Origin: Laetmonice hystrix
Taxonomy: Eukaryota
Length of the DNA: 64,000 nt
Reading direction: 5' to 3'
NCBI GenBank assembly: GCA_965235115.1
Contig: OZ249436.1
Coordinates: forward strand, 32,366,001-32,430,000
The notes below the pieces were generated by a model. It worked only from the letters and a program-made list of their open reading frames with translations. It made no database searches and was not told the DNA's origin. Both the position numbers and the translations under genes were made by a program. Shown here one piece after another: positions 23,701 through 38,700 of the stretch (positions within the stretch are counted from its first letter, which is position 1; the number at the start of each line of letters is the position of its first letter).

Positions 23701-26700
23701 TTCACATTTTAAAAATATGTTTTATAGTGGCAGTCTGTCTCAGAAACGTGCGAGGTCCTACATTGTTCAAAGGAAGCATTAACAAAGATTAGAAACCTTT
23801 TTCTCATATTTACAGCCCGCATATGGCCGTTCCCAGTTGATGCATGAAGTTGGCCCTAGAAATTAATGATTGCAAATTTGGAGCTAAAATGGCCATGTCT
23901 CAAATATTAAAGGAATCTGGTCTCGAAATTCAGGCTCTTGCACTCGATTCACAAATAAATCCAATTGAAGGGATGTCCTTAATGTTTTTTCTCTTGGGCA
24001 CCTTACACTCTCAATATCAACAAGTGTTTTTGGTTAAATATACAATAATAAAAGTAGCAAGGCCGCCACTAGCCATACCATATGGAACTTGACCTGAACT
24101 CGGAGATTTTCGACTTTGGGGGGGGGGGGATGGTGCGAGTTTTTTTTTTTGGGGGGGGGGAGTAATTTAATGCAAAATATTTCCCTCTGGAAATTTTTTT
24201 GGGGGGGGAGTAGCTGAATAATGGGGGGGGGAGTCCCCCCCCCACAAAAAAAGGGCCTGCAGGAAACCCTGGGTTAGGTATTTTAATTACAGTCAACACG
24301 CATGCACACTGCTCAAAAAAAGTCTTGTCATAAGAAAATAAAATATTGGAAATCTGAAGAGTTTCTGTTGGAACTACCTAACATAAGCCCGCGGCCGGTG
24401 CCGGCTTGTTGACATGGTATGTCTTATCTCACTGACTGCATCGCATCTGACCTAGTTCAGAAACGGGTGTAATGGCCATTCACTGGGCCCTTTTCTCAGA
24501 CTCAAGGCAAAAAGGATGGAATATGAGCATTTTATCTCATGTTATTGATTAAGATACTATAATCAATGTAGAATGTATGACTGAAAGGGTAAAGGTAAGC
24601 ATGACATCTGCGGATAAGGAGTTGGGGGGGGGGGGGGGGTGGATGATGCTAGGTGAGGCTTGGGATGTGTTCCTTAAAGTTAAACATGCCTCAAGGGAAG
24701 ATTTGGTGCAAGTTTAAAAAAATTGTAGACGAAGTGCGTGGGGCCTCTATTGAATTGGTATGGAATAAGCCACTATCCCTGTTGGTTTTGTACCATTGAC
24801 GATGATGTAGCAGGACATATTCTTCCACCTTTACTGGCCTTAAATAAAATGTCAGTTGGGGTCTTGCATCTTTTCAGTGGCTTGTACCTTCAAAGCTATT
24901 ACCCCAAAATTACTCTTTTGTGATAGAAAGACGAAACGGATTTGGAACCCGATCTGTTGATAAAAATTTCCATTGTGACGTCATAATATCTCCACATGCT
25001 TTTTTCAACAATATCACCGCACTGTGGTCGTCTAAGACAACAATATTTAGATAACAATAGGCGTTGCTAAGTGACAGGCAACTCCCGACGCTCACGTTTT
25101 CTCTGATAATTATTCTTGGCATGTCACCAAAAATCATTTGTTAGGCCCCAAAGTACCTACGAATACCCACTGGGTCTGTGCACAATTTCTGATTACAGTC
25201 TTGTCAAGAATGAGGTCATCTTGTAAAACCTGTACACACCCAATGTTAGGTCAAGCAAAACTTGCACTGAATCTTAGACAGAAGTTGAACATTGATTTGT
25301 ACTTCAAGGTCATGCCCTATGAATTCCAAATGACCTTAAATGAAAACAAATATCCAAGTATCTATAGTACGTGTCGCATAGACTAGGTTCCATTTATTTT
25401 ACGGGTGTATTGGAATTGGCAACAATAAAACATGAAACCTTGAATAGCTGAGATATCTGCCACAATACCTAGTTTTTATGTAGAATCAGGGATTTAGCTA
25501 GAGCGCGCCCACGCGCCATTGGCGCAAAATATTAACCAAATGTCCCCTTATTATAGCTTAGCTGCGTCATAATGTCCCACCTTGGAGGGCCGACCGAGAG
25601 GGAGGCATGCCAATGCTGCCACCAGGGCCCGATTTCTCGAACATACTTAATTATAGGCCCACTAGTTTCACTCAAATCTACTCAAAAGAATGTTTTTAGC
25701 CAATGTGAATCCTCCATTTTCTGAGTTGAGTAAAGTTGATTGAAACTCAGACTTAAGTATTTTCCAGAAACCGGGCCCTAGTGTGATATAAAGAAGCGCC
25801 ATCTAATGACTTAGTTCTCTATTACGTTATGGCCCAATCTCCCATAATGCAGAACGATCTCTGTCTGGAGAGTGGTTATGGCCTTCCCCTTCCCGCCCTA
25901 AAGACAGTGTTGACTGTTGTATGGGTTGACTCATTTGTGAACACCAGTAGGGGCCTACTGTAGTATTATATGAGGAACATGATAACAAGAACAACACATT
26001 ATACAGTATTAGGCAAAACAGCAGTTGCCAGTGCTCCTCGTCAAGTGACTCAGTTGTCCCCCAAATATTGAAAATGTCCCCTAGGTTTCTGGGCAGTGGG
26101 ACATGGTGTCCCTCTTTTTCAAAATCCTGGCTTAATCCCTGTAGAATCCCACTACTTCATGGATGCCGCCATGCCCCCACCATTCAACCAATCTGGTGGC
26201 TTTCCTTAATCGGAACAGGAAAGTCTGCGACGTCACCAGGGTCAGAAAGTGGTTATAACATGAAGAAGTGGCTCGGCCTCACTCTTTGACCATACCAGTC
26301 ATTATTAGGCACACTAAAATTAATTAAAACACAAAACGAGATGCAGGGGCAACTTGTTAGCATGTTTCCGTGTGGTAAACTTGAAGTTATCCAGAGGTGA
26401 GTGTCTACTAGAGTGCACTTGAGACCAAAGAAAGGGTACCAGGGAAAGACTTGGCTGAATGTGTAAAAATAAAAACCCTGATTAATCTGAGTTGTATAGT
26501 CTTCTCAATTCTTATTGTGTGTCTCTCTCTCCCATTGCAGTGTGTAGAGAAGACATTGACATCCGAAATTCCGTCAACTTCAGCAAACTCGAGAACTGCA
26601 CAGTAATAGAAGGAAGCCTTGAAATTCTTCTCATCGACTATGCAGACTCCAGCGAGTACAACAACCTGCACTATCCCAAACTGCTCGAAATAACGGACTA

Positions 26701-29700
26701 CCTCCTCCTTTACCGCGTATATGGTCTGAAAACCCTAGCTCACATCTTTCCAAACCTGTCTGTTATCCGTGGTCACCGGTTATTCTTTAACTATGCAGTG
26801 GTCGCCTTTGAGATGCCAGTTCTTGAGGAGCTGGGCCTTCATTCTCTGACCCACATTGAACGAGGAGCTGTGCGACTTGAGAAAAATCCATCTTTGTGCT
26901 ATATCAATACGATTGACTGGTCTAAGATTGCCCGTGGAGTAGGCCTAACCGATGAAGACCACTTCATCTCACAGAATAAGGATATCGATGAGTGTGCCAA
27001 CGTGTGTCCAAGTGATGGAAAGGGGAATTCTCGGTGCCAGTCCAAGCGTACTGTCAGTCCTTACGGAGAGGTGCGCGTCCAGTCCCTGTGTTGGTCATCT
27101 AAGCACTGCCAAATAGGTAAGGCCTTTTAAAATCATCTTCTTGTTTTTCAGCTATGGATGATTAGAAGAAGTGTCATTAGATGAAAGACAAACCCAAAGT
27201 CGTCGCCAGCCCAGTTTAGTGAATATTATGCTTTGTGGCTAGGTGTAGTTTGGTGTTTCTGGTGGTTCTATCTCATGGCAGCCTGTTTAAAACGTTCTCT
27301 TCCAGTGTTTGTAAAAAGAGAGTGCCTTCTTTTCCCAGTTTCTAGGTTCCATGAAATATTTATTCCAATTTGCGAATTGATAATGATAAAATAAATGCAA
27401 ATTTATAACTGAAGGACCTGGATTTACTGAGACTCACATGTATACAAATTCAGCGACATTGGGAAACTGTGATATTGGTAGAAATTCTCGCAATCGGTGG
27501 TAGTGTAATCAGTTGTTGGTTTGAAAAGAGGTGTCAGATCTGTGTGACTACAGAGTAGGTAGGTTGAAAACCCTGGCAGTGTGTGCTTAGAAATCATGTC
27601 TGATATGGGGGGGGGGGGGGGGGGCAGCTGCAGCCTGTTCGCATTCAACATCTTATTTTACAGTTTCACGTTTGGAGGACTCTCAGAGGCATGTCCCTAT
27701 CACAAAATCCTGCAGATCAGGTGCAGGTTTTAAAACCATCGTTAACCTTTAATGTGCTAAATTCTCCTTTGAAAATACATTGGCGTTAATGATACAACAA
27801 GCGAATGCATCCTGAGTTGACTGCAGCCTAGGCTAATGAGTGCTGTATTAAATAAAAGGGAAATATTTCATTGTGTAGCATGGCAGAGGTGAAGTATAAA
27901 GGTGGGGGGAGGGCTGTATTTATTTATTTGGACTCAGTCCTTAAACGGTGTCCTATAGTGCCGGCTGTATGTACGACATAGCGTTCGGTGCCAGAAAATT
28001 GGTGGAATCCAATATTTGAGTGTTAATTGCATGTAAAAGTGGAGGCATATCCTGCACAACTGACAGCACTATTGGCATCAGCAGCACACCGCCCTGGCTC
28101 CGTCATCAACCTCTGAAACCGCCTCCAATCCATAGAGACTGGCGGTGGGTCAGCCGAGTAAACAACTTGTTGGCGCTGTGCCAAGTCTGCCAGCAGCGCG
28201 GCAAACACAGACAGAGGTGGACGGGCTCCTAGACATGGCATATGGGAGCTGCCGCTTCCAGCTGTCCCACCCTCAGCCTGCAACTCATTGGCTTGTTGGG
28301 AAGCATTGGTGGCAGTGGGGCTGGATTGGGGTGGGGGTAGCAGGGTGCTCAGGACCAGGTGGATACATATAAATGGTTGCAAATGTAACTAACATGTTAC
28401 ATAGAGGCCAAATATAATTAGCAGGCATTTGCAAAATCATGTGTTTGTCAGGTGGAGCATCTTCTAATTTTAAAACCTGCTACACAGTTGGGATATGGTT
28501 TCAGCTGGATAGTCATGCTGGAGTTTTTTTAAAACTGAAATTGGACCGTGAGCATGTTGTCATTGTCTGGTACAATTTTGAAGTTCGTTAGAGGGTGAAA
28601 TTGGGTGAAAGAACTAGGTCAACTAGCACATTGTTAATTAAGGTTCTCTCCAGAAGGTAGGTGGCTGAGTGAACCGCCAACTGTAGGCTCGTTCCTTTGG
28701 TTCATAAACTCCAAACTAAAGGTCCCAGCTTACTAATTAATAAATGGCTAACCGTCAAGGCGTGTCACATTCTAGTCTACAAGCGTGATATATAACTTTG
28801 AAACGGTGTGGACACCACTGACTGAACGGCAGTGTGCCCCAGGTGAACATGTTTTGACTCAAGATTCTTGCTTCTATGTATATGTCGCTATGTCAGAGCT
28901 CTACCAGCACATAGCCTATAAACTTAAAGTTGACACCTTGTACTGCTACTCAGAATAGGATACGCTAACTGCTTGGTTTGTTTTTATTGCCAGACATTTG
29001 CTTTGCAATAGAGACTGTAATGCTTTTCAGCAAGACCTGGTCAATGATGCTGGGCAGTTGGACATGAGTCCATCTGTTTTGCTAAAACAATTAGATTTTA
29101 CTTTAAATGCATACAGGAGAAAACATCAACGAATGAAGTCGCTTCTAAAGAGAAGATAGGCCTACCGTATATGTCCCTATAGCCACGCACTACCTATTTG
29201 CCGCGCACCCCCGCATTTTTTCAAACAAGCTGTGCCGGAAACCCGCCACCTCGTGTAAAATTTTGTTAGCTCCCGGCGCAACCTCCCTATTGCCGCGCAC
29301 TGATTTTCTGCACACGCACATGCGCGGCTAAAGGGACATATGCGGTACTTCAAATGCCCAAGATTTACTGGAAATACACGTAAATATTCCAAAAAGTTGT
29401 TGCTGAACAACATGTTTGTTTTTAGGAAGCGTAACCTGGACTCCCTGCCCTGGTGACCTTGCCCATGGCATTTAACTTTTGACCAACTCCAGCACAGCTG
29501 TTTTTTCTTAACTTCCAATATTCTGGTGGGCATATCTGTCCAGTTTACCTGCCCATGGGCTTTATGGTTGTTATCTGGAAGATGGTATCATATGGTTGCA
29601 GGTCCAAAAAATTGCAACAGCCTTTGGCAGCTCTTTTTTTCAGACCAGAGTCAGACTTCCTGAATGTGTTTTTGACAACCTGCAATGCATTTTAATGTTT

Positions 29701-32700
29701 TACGCCTTTAGAAGAACAGAGTCTGGTTGATTATATTGCCGTAAACGTATAATTAAATCTAATTCTGAGTAATGCTCTGTGCATTCATTGACTTACATAA
29801 AGTTTAACTCTAGAGTGTCATATTGTGGGTAGTTCATGGAGTGCACTCTCTGTTTATATTAAGTACAGAAAGGTTAGCCAGCTGTACTATATCTTGGTAC
29901 ATATGGAGGGTTTCCCATTCACTTAATGGGGCCCAATTGGATAAGTATGAGTGAAAGAGACTTGAACAATGGCTACATCCCTAAACATTCATACAAGGTT
30001 TCTCCTTTAGCAGGTTTACTATCCAAATATTAGAATGGAACAAGGAAAGGTTTTCGCGTCCAGTTCTGAAGGAAGGAGGCTTATTGAACCTGGCTGGCCT
30101 GGATGACCGGATCAATCAGTTGTCGTGGTGAAAATAAAGACATTGAAACATCCCCCAGGACCCAGTTCATAAAAAATTAAGATCTTTCTTAAGCTTAACG
30201 CTTCTGATTGGCTGGTCTGCTTACACCAGCCAATCAGGGCCTGGTTTGTGATACTAAGACATCTTGCTTAAACTTAAGCTTAAAGTTCCACCGTAAGTAT
30301 CTTCGAGAATAAAACACTTACCTGTCCCCTATAGCCACCTATTGACATTAATATGAAGACACACTGTTGCTGCAATACTGCAGTATGATGATTTCTGTTA
30401 ACTAAAATTCGGACAAAGAAACCCAGAGACCTTGATGTGTTGTGAAAAGGTCATTAGAAAATGACATAATAAGGTATCTATAACATCTCATAGTCTCATA
30501 ACACTGGCTGAGGCATTGCCACCATCGTAGGCGTTACTATCGCCAACCCAAGCACCTTCTCAAATATAATAAATCCCATTATTGCATAATGTCTTATTTT
30601 TGACATCATAGTAGATTCTGAGGTTTTGTTACGTCCTAACAGTCGTAACTCTTCAATTTGGAGTTGGGGAAATACAGTAGAACCTCACAAATACGACCAC
30701 CTCAGGGACTGGCCGAAAGTGGTCGTAATTCTGAGATGGTCGTAATTCTGAAATTTGACCTGGATTAGGAAGGGTTTGGGGTATAGGGGGGCCTATCATT
30801 TAACCTGGATTAGGGATGCTCATAGGTATATCAGCATGATATCAGTAAAGGATGCCATAGACAAAGATTCATGGGCCTACATTTACATACATGTATAGTC
30901 CTCCTCTATCCTTTTCCAGTGTTTATTTGCATGAAGAGAAAGACCAACTTGAAACACTCTAAAACTTGGGAATAACTGAAAACTATGACAAGACTGAGTT
31001 GGATGAACAGGAACAAGTGTGTGGGATACAAAAATCAGTCTCGGTTTATAGTGACTCAAGTAGGGTCTAGGTGGACTGAAACACCTCGGCCCATTAATCC
31101 AAGTCGCACCTCCCATTGTGTTCATAAAGTCTCTACAAACACTGCTGTTATTTAGGGTCAAGGTGGGCAGAAGCCGGGTCTGTTAATCCAAGTCGCACCT
31201 CCCATTGTCTTACAACTACATAAACACTGCCAGCCACTCCATCTGGTCACTGACTGGTCGTTATTGTGAGGTTGAATCCAATTTGGGACTGAAATAAGTG
31301 GTCGTAAAAGTGAATTCCGAGGTGGTCGTATTTCTGAAACTTAAATGCATTGGAAATATAGGGATAATTTTGGGACTGCTCAAAAGTGGTCGTATTTTTG
31401 AGGTGGTCTTATTTCTGAGGTGGTCGTTAGGTGAGGTTCTACTGTACTCAGGTTTGAGTAACTGTCAGCAGACAACTTTGAGTTTAGCAGGTCTCGATGA
31501 CGTGAATGAATTCTGGCCACCTGCGCTACGTACAGCACGCGCCAGAACGTCGAGCCTCGAGGCCTAGTGTCCAAGCTCTGGTCGGGAACTTTGTTTGTAT
31601 AGGAAAGGATACATCAGTGACATTTAAAACTCATCAAGCTAGACTGCCAGACACCTCTGCCAAAGTACTAGTCTTGACGGCGTCAAGAATAGTTAACGAA
31701 ATTAGTAAAAGCACACTTGCTCGCCACTAAATGCAATACTCCTGACCCGCACATCACCTGTTGCAACCCGATGGCATCCCCAGTGCTCAGTCATTCCTAG
31801 CTAAAAGAGAGTTTTGTACCTGTAAATGGCTGAGGTTAGTAATGTATGACTGGCCGCTGGTTTTGGAGCTTTAGGGGGTGTGTGTTATGTGTGTTTGGGG
31901 GGGGGGGGGGTGCTGCGTGCTGGCCATTGGCATTGGCCATTGCCGGCGGTCCCGACCTCCCCCCCCTTCATCCCATCCCGTCATGTTCGCACGCCGTATC
32001 TATATTCTCCATCCCGGCTGCCACAGTCGGCAAAAACAACCCTTCCAGCCGATATCCTTCCCTCCTTTTCGGTCCTGAGGTCTGTGATGTGGCGTCAGTA
32101 GTACCAGAGCTGTGCCACTGGTCAGATTTACAGAAGATTCACTAGTGCTTTGGACTTTGGTTTAGATAATTTTGCCGAAATGCTAGGGTCCGTTCCACTA
32201 ACGAAAGACGTCTTTGGCAAAGACGTCTTTGGAAAGACGTCTTTGCGGCGTCAATGTTAAAGAATAGGATCTTAGTGGAACAGCCGTCGCAGCAAAGACC
32301 TCTTTGGGCTCAGCGACCATTTCAAAGACGTCTTTCGGGCTTAGTGGAACGGACCCCTGGGTTCATCACAATGGGTTGGACTGAATTAGTTGCCCAGTTT
32401 TTATGAAAGATCGTACATCGCGGTTATTGTTACTGAGGTTTCACTAAAGCCTGGGATACACGGGGCAATTCGTCGCAAGCGACGCGTTGCATGCAACCAG
32501 TCGCCCCGTGTATCTGCCTGCGTCGCGTCGCCTGAGGGAAGGGCAACGCGTCGCCCCAAAATCCAACATGTTGGATTTTGGGGCGACTCGTCACCTCCCC
32601 CTGAGGCAACGCGGTTGCATGCAACGAGTTGCCCCGTGTATCCCGGGCTTTAGTACTTACTATAAAGGCCCGGCCACACAGAGCCGACTACCCCTAAAGG

Positions 32701-35700
32701 CCCGGCCACACAGAGCCGACTCCCCCCAACCCGATGGTCGGAGGCCCGGGGGGTCCAAATCGGCCGACTACTCAGTCAGTCTGATATATGCCCAACCATG
32801 CCACACTGAATGCGATCCGAAAGTCGGGAGTGGGATGCCACACTAGCGACACCACTCGTGACCAGTACAGTATATACTATTGTAACTATTCATTCCCCTA
32901 GCGGTAGTTCCCACTCCGCCATATTGTTTGTGTTGTCCCGCTCGCAGGGTATCTTGGGAGTAGCGTTTGTATGGTGCGCGCTGTGATTGGCTGGTAAGCA
33001 GCCCGACTGATGAGTCTGGTCGGTAGGTATGCCACACAGGCCCGACTAGGCCCGACCAGACCAAACCGTTTGGTCGCTCATCTTGTGCAGGACAAGATGA
33101 ACGACCGGACTGGTCAGTCGGTGAAAAACACCCGACTACGGCCGACTGACCATGCCAGACAGGGCCGACTACCCCCGACTCGACTCCCCCAGACCATCGG
33201 GTCGGGGGTAGTCGGCGCTGTGTGGCCGGGCCTTAACCCGATGGTCGGAGGCCCGGGGAGTCCAGATCAGCCAACTACTCAGTCAGTCTGATATATGCCC
33301 AACCATGCCACACTGAATGCGATCCGAAAGTCGGGAGTGGGATGCCACACTAGCGACACCACTCGTGACCAGTATATATACTATTGTAACTATTCATTCC
33401 CCTAGCTCTAGTTCCCACTCCGCCATGTTGTTTGTGTTGTCCCGCTCGCAGGGTATCTTGGGAGTAGCGTTTGTATGGTGCGCGCTGTGATTGGCTGGTA
33501 AGCAGCCCTACTATTGAGTCTGGTCGGTAGATATGCCACACAGGCCCGACTAGGCCCGACCAGACCAAACGGTTGGTCGCTCATCTTGTGCAGGACAAGA
33601 TGAACGACCGGACTGGTCAGTCGGTGAAAAACACCCGACTACGGCCGACTGACCATGCCAGACAGGGCCGACTCGACTCCCCCAGACAATCGGGTCGGGG
33701 GTAGTCGGCTCTGTGTGGCCGGGCCTTTAGGTAATGTAGGTCGACCGTAGTTTTCATCAATGGTTTTATAAGACCTGGCTCTATGGGTCAGTTCATAATT
33801 TAGGATAAGTAATCCATTCTGGCCGGATACTCACTGACTGGTCAATCAGTAGATTTATTCTGACCAGGCTGGCCAGTGTACTCACTCAGTCACTGATCTG
33901 TAGCTGGGCCTATGGTCACACTCAATGACTGTTAACTTGGTAAATACTTGGGGAAGAGATGAAGAGGGGGCCTGCTTTAGGTGGGAGCAGCAAACAAAAT
34001 TGAAAATCAATTTGACCATCAAAAAAGTGTCATCCCTATGATGACAGTGTCATAACAAGTTGTTGGGACGTAAAATCCTCCCTAACCCCTGTTACTGGAT
34101 TTCACATTTTGACACTAACTGTCCAAGTACAAACGCAAGAACGCATTCGACATCGTATCAACACATTCGAGGATTCTAAAAGAAGTATCATAAACTTGAC
34201 TTACCGTAAACTACCTGCCAACATTATTCGGACACTTGCTATGAGAGTGGGATATTGGCAATGACCCCCAGCAAACTCGTCCGGTAGAGTTTTTTTGGGC
34301 TGATAGTAACAGCGCAGTGTGATCGGTTAGTTTTGCACTATTGCATGCCAGGAAGCAGGAAGCAGGACTAAAGGCTCAGGACTGAAACTTTGAAAGTATT
34401 CCTCTCGAAGGTGTTTGCTTAGAATTTATTTTTATACTGTATCTTAAAGGAAATATGTCATGGGGGGGGGGTATCGACCAAAATCTTCAGTTTTCTGCTT
34501 ACCTGCTCACCACTGACGTACTTTATGGCACTGATTGTTTTTCATATTGATTCTGTTAACACATACTACGAGTAGACAGCTGTGAAATTCTCCCTAATGT
34601 AGAAAAATGAATAAAACTAGCTGCAGTATCCGCAAAGTGCGATAAATCTGCCGTCTAAGTAAATAACAAATAAATAAATAAACAAATAAATAAATAAATG
34701 AGTAAGTAACAAATCTATAAGATGATAGTGGGACTATAATGGCCCATCCGCCGATCGTGTGAAAAGGGTGCAAAACACAGCCGGCTGCGAATCCCGGGGT
34801 CTCGGAATCTAAGTGTGTCATTTTCAGTGACCGCATTAAGAATTGGCCTTTTTTTTACAAAATACCAACCAAAGCTACATAAACAGGTAGGGGACCTTTG
34901 GGGCAATATCGGAGAACCGCAATGCAGACATATTTTTGCTGAAACACGATGTATTATTTGAAATTCGTGACATATTACCTTTAATCATTGTGTCGAGGCG
35001 CACGATTCAATTTTATATAACTTAATGGCCTCAGGTTAGATAACTTGATCTTTATTTTAAAATGCAGGTGTTTACTGGCAAAGGTAATTTCTTATCTAAT
35101 TGCTTTTAACACTCTTAGTCATTGTCGAGACTTGCACTGATGTATTATTTGTTGATATTTAAATATATACTGAAAGTTAAAAATAAAAGAACCTTTCTTT
35201 TCATTTCAGTCTCATATACTGTATACCACAATATACTGCAGCAACACAAACCTCCCACTAAGTTCCTTACTTTAAATTTGGATGTGGGTGAAGTTCTAAT
35301 TTTTGCGGGACTTGTCTGAAATATGCAGCTTCCATTCATATTTTCCGGGCCGACTATATCGAGGAAGGACATAACATAATAACCTAGATCTTTGGTAATC
35401 GAAGCAAAAAGGCAGGCAGCTACCAAATGAGGGAGTCCTTTTTTACATTTGTCGTAAAAGTTTTTCACATATGTAGGCCTATTATAGTAAAAAAAAAATT
35501 CACATTTAGCGTATTTCGTATCAACAGGGGGCTTAATGTATGTATAAAACCTCTTAGGAACGCCGTAGACACACTGAAAAATGATTACCCTGGAGTCAGC
35601 TGGGGGTCTTAAGCCACTGGAAGCAAAGTTTTAGACAGAGAGTCGGATTTTCACATTTGACGTAAAAGTTTTTCACATATGTACAGGGTTTCCGCCAGAA

Positions 35701-38700
35701 AATAATTAATGGGGGGGACGGGCGAGCCCGGAACGGGGGGGGGGGTCTGGGGGCCCTCCCCCAGAAATTTGTTTTTCATGAACTCCGGAGATGCGTTTTT
35801 CTGGCCTCTCAGAGCGAGAATAGCTTAAAAAAAAACACTGCTCTGCAGATTTATGGGGGGGATATCCCCCTCATGTCCCAATCATGGGGGGGATAAATCC
35901 CCCCCGTCCCCCCCTCTGGCGGAGGCCCTGATGTAGTAAAATATTTTTTCACATTTAGCGCAATTTATTTTTACATTTGACGGAAGGTAGTTTTTACATA
36001 TGCGGTAGATTTTTTCACATTTGATGGACGTTTTCACATTTGTCGTAAATATTTGTTACATATGACGGCGTTTTTACATTTAGCGGAATTTTTACATTTG
36101 AGGGTGCAACAGATGTACCCTGATAGCAGTACAAGTACGAGTCTGCGGAGTCAACTTTGGGCTGAACTGAATGGCTTTTATTCATGGTGAAATGAACAGT
36201 GTAAAAATATGTACCCCGCAGTCTGTTGAAACCCGATGTATGTAACCATCAACCTGGTGGGCGGTTGGGAGGTGGGGGGGGGGGGGGGGGGGTACAGGCG
36301 GCATGTAACTGTAAGTGGTGAAATAAGAGTGTTATTGCCAGGCTAATATATAATATATCTGATGGTATAATGGCAGTGTGCGAGAGATAACATTAGATGT
36401 CACTGAATGATGACTGCAAAACAGAGATTGACATAGATTCAAAAAAAGCATCTGGCAGATAAAAATAACCATCTACTTCCCGAGCTGTTTGTTGGATGCG
36501 TCAAATATCGACATTTTTTTTATAAAAAGTTTAAAGTGAAGGTAAATTGGCCAAAAAATCGGCATTCTTAAAACACATTTGTATGATACATTGTATTTGG
36601 AGTCCATACATATAGAATGCTACCACAAATTACTTCATTTTGGGTATATTTCCTTGCGAAATTTGCATGCAAAATCAGATCCTTTACATTGAATTTGAAA
36701 AGGTGATCGCCTTTGACCCGGTTCGTTTTGATTTTGTTGGTCATTGGTCATTTTTTTGGTCAAATAGATCTGTGATATGTTGGCCAACTACCTGAATGAA
36801 ACTCCCAGCCGGGCCCGACGGCAAACGCCATTCCATAGAAGCACAGACTTGAACACGTAAACAGGTCTTACAGTTCACGGGGCTGCGAGTGTTTCAGATG
36901 GTAGGCTTGGCTATCATGGCCAAGTTGTTTACATCTTGTGTCGAACCATTATGCGGCAATATTGATCCAGAGTGAAGTTGTCCCAGCTTAGTATCAGTAC
37001 CCAGTGTTTGTTATCCGCCATATAATGCTAATGACCTAGAGCACACACAAATCCTTAATTAGGCCTTTGGATTTGACCAAGGCATAAAGACTTAAATTGT
37101 CGCCAATTTTATTGTCATCTTGGTCTCTGCAGATAACCCCATCAGGTCTTGATATAAAAATTGAAATCAATGCTATAAATGAAGATATTTTTAGAAGGAA
37201 CATGCACGTACAATTACGCAAATCGTCTACTGGTACTACTTGTTTTGAGGAGAGAGAGAAAAAAATAAAGGGATTCTCAGATTTGGCCTAAAATTTGGAG
37301 TTCATAGTTTGCTGGCTTGATCCTATCAGAATCTGCAATATGGTGTACAAGGATACTTCACCTCTGCCAAGATTGGCTAATTTTTCAACTTAGCTTCATT
37401 AGAGACTCAAAAGGTTAAGAGGCAATTTTTTTAAGATTCAGGCAGTGGGTGATATATGACCCCCTCAGATTTGCCTGAAATTTTTTTTGGTGGAAGGCCT
37501 ATTGGTAGAGAGAAAAATCCTCAATTTCTAGGTCCCTAAACCCAACGGTTTTTTTTCTAGGGCCTCTAGAAGGGTCAGTTTTTTGAGGGCGAAAATTTGA
37601 CTTCTTACATCGCTGTCAATGGACATAGGTATGGCGTGACGTACGTGTACGTATAGACCGTACAGACAGACGGACGGAGGTGAAATTATAAGCCCCCGTT
37701 GGGGGCTAAAAAGAGATGACTGTGCACAGTGTCACACACTATGTCCATTGACAGCGATTACTCAGAAGTGTATGGGTCGATTTCTTTGAAACTTCACACA
37801 ATGATCTGAGGATGGTGCACGTCAAACAGATTTTTGATATTCTTCAAAATGGCCACTTGGCGGCCATCTTGGATGTTAACACAAATTCGTGTTTGTAAAC
37901 TTAACCACATTGCGATGGTCAGAAAAGGGTTAATACAGCTGAACCCCACTATAATCTTTATATGACAGTTAGTAGACATACTGAGGGCTGCCTGATAAAA
38001 AATATTTCATTCAAATCTGATGAGGGCGCATTGAGAAATGTGACCCCCCCCCCCCCCCAAAAACACTGAATTTTGCGTTTTGACTGACTTGAGCATCACC
38101 TATACTCTCTTGCCTTTATTATCCCACATTAATTTCAAGTGGCATAGTATGGCCTAATAAAAAAACCGTTGGGTTTAGGGATCTAGAAATTGAGGATTTT
38201 TCTATCTACCAATATGCCTTCCACCAAAAATAGTTTCAGGCAAATCTGAGGGGGTCATATATCACCCTCCAATGGTAATCTGCCTGAATCTTAAAAAAAT
38301 CGACTCTTAAGTATACAGCAGATGAGCAGCTCATTTGTTATTGAAATGTATCAAATTCAATTGAATCTGCAGTTCCAAGTTTCAAGACTGACTTTTGTTA
38401 TTTTCAGATTTTTTCAAAGTTCCTAGGTTTGTTTTTGAATAAAGATGATGTACTGATGTTACAGTAGAAGTTGCCGTAAAGATAAAACTCCAGAAAATAA
38501 GGAATACAGGAAAGAAAACACATGTGTCGAAGATGCACAAACACAAAGAAACCCTTGCACAGCAGGTTATTCATATTACATCATTGAAAGAGTCTGACCC
38601 TTGAATTTTGGGTACTGTTTTGTTGAAACTAGATTTTCGCATCACTTAGAATTACCAGTATATTTGCTACATAACATGGATTATTCTAGGTGAACAGGTT

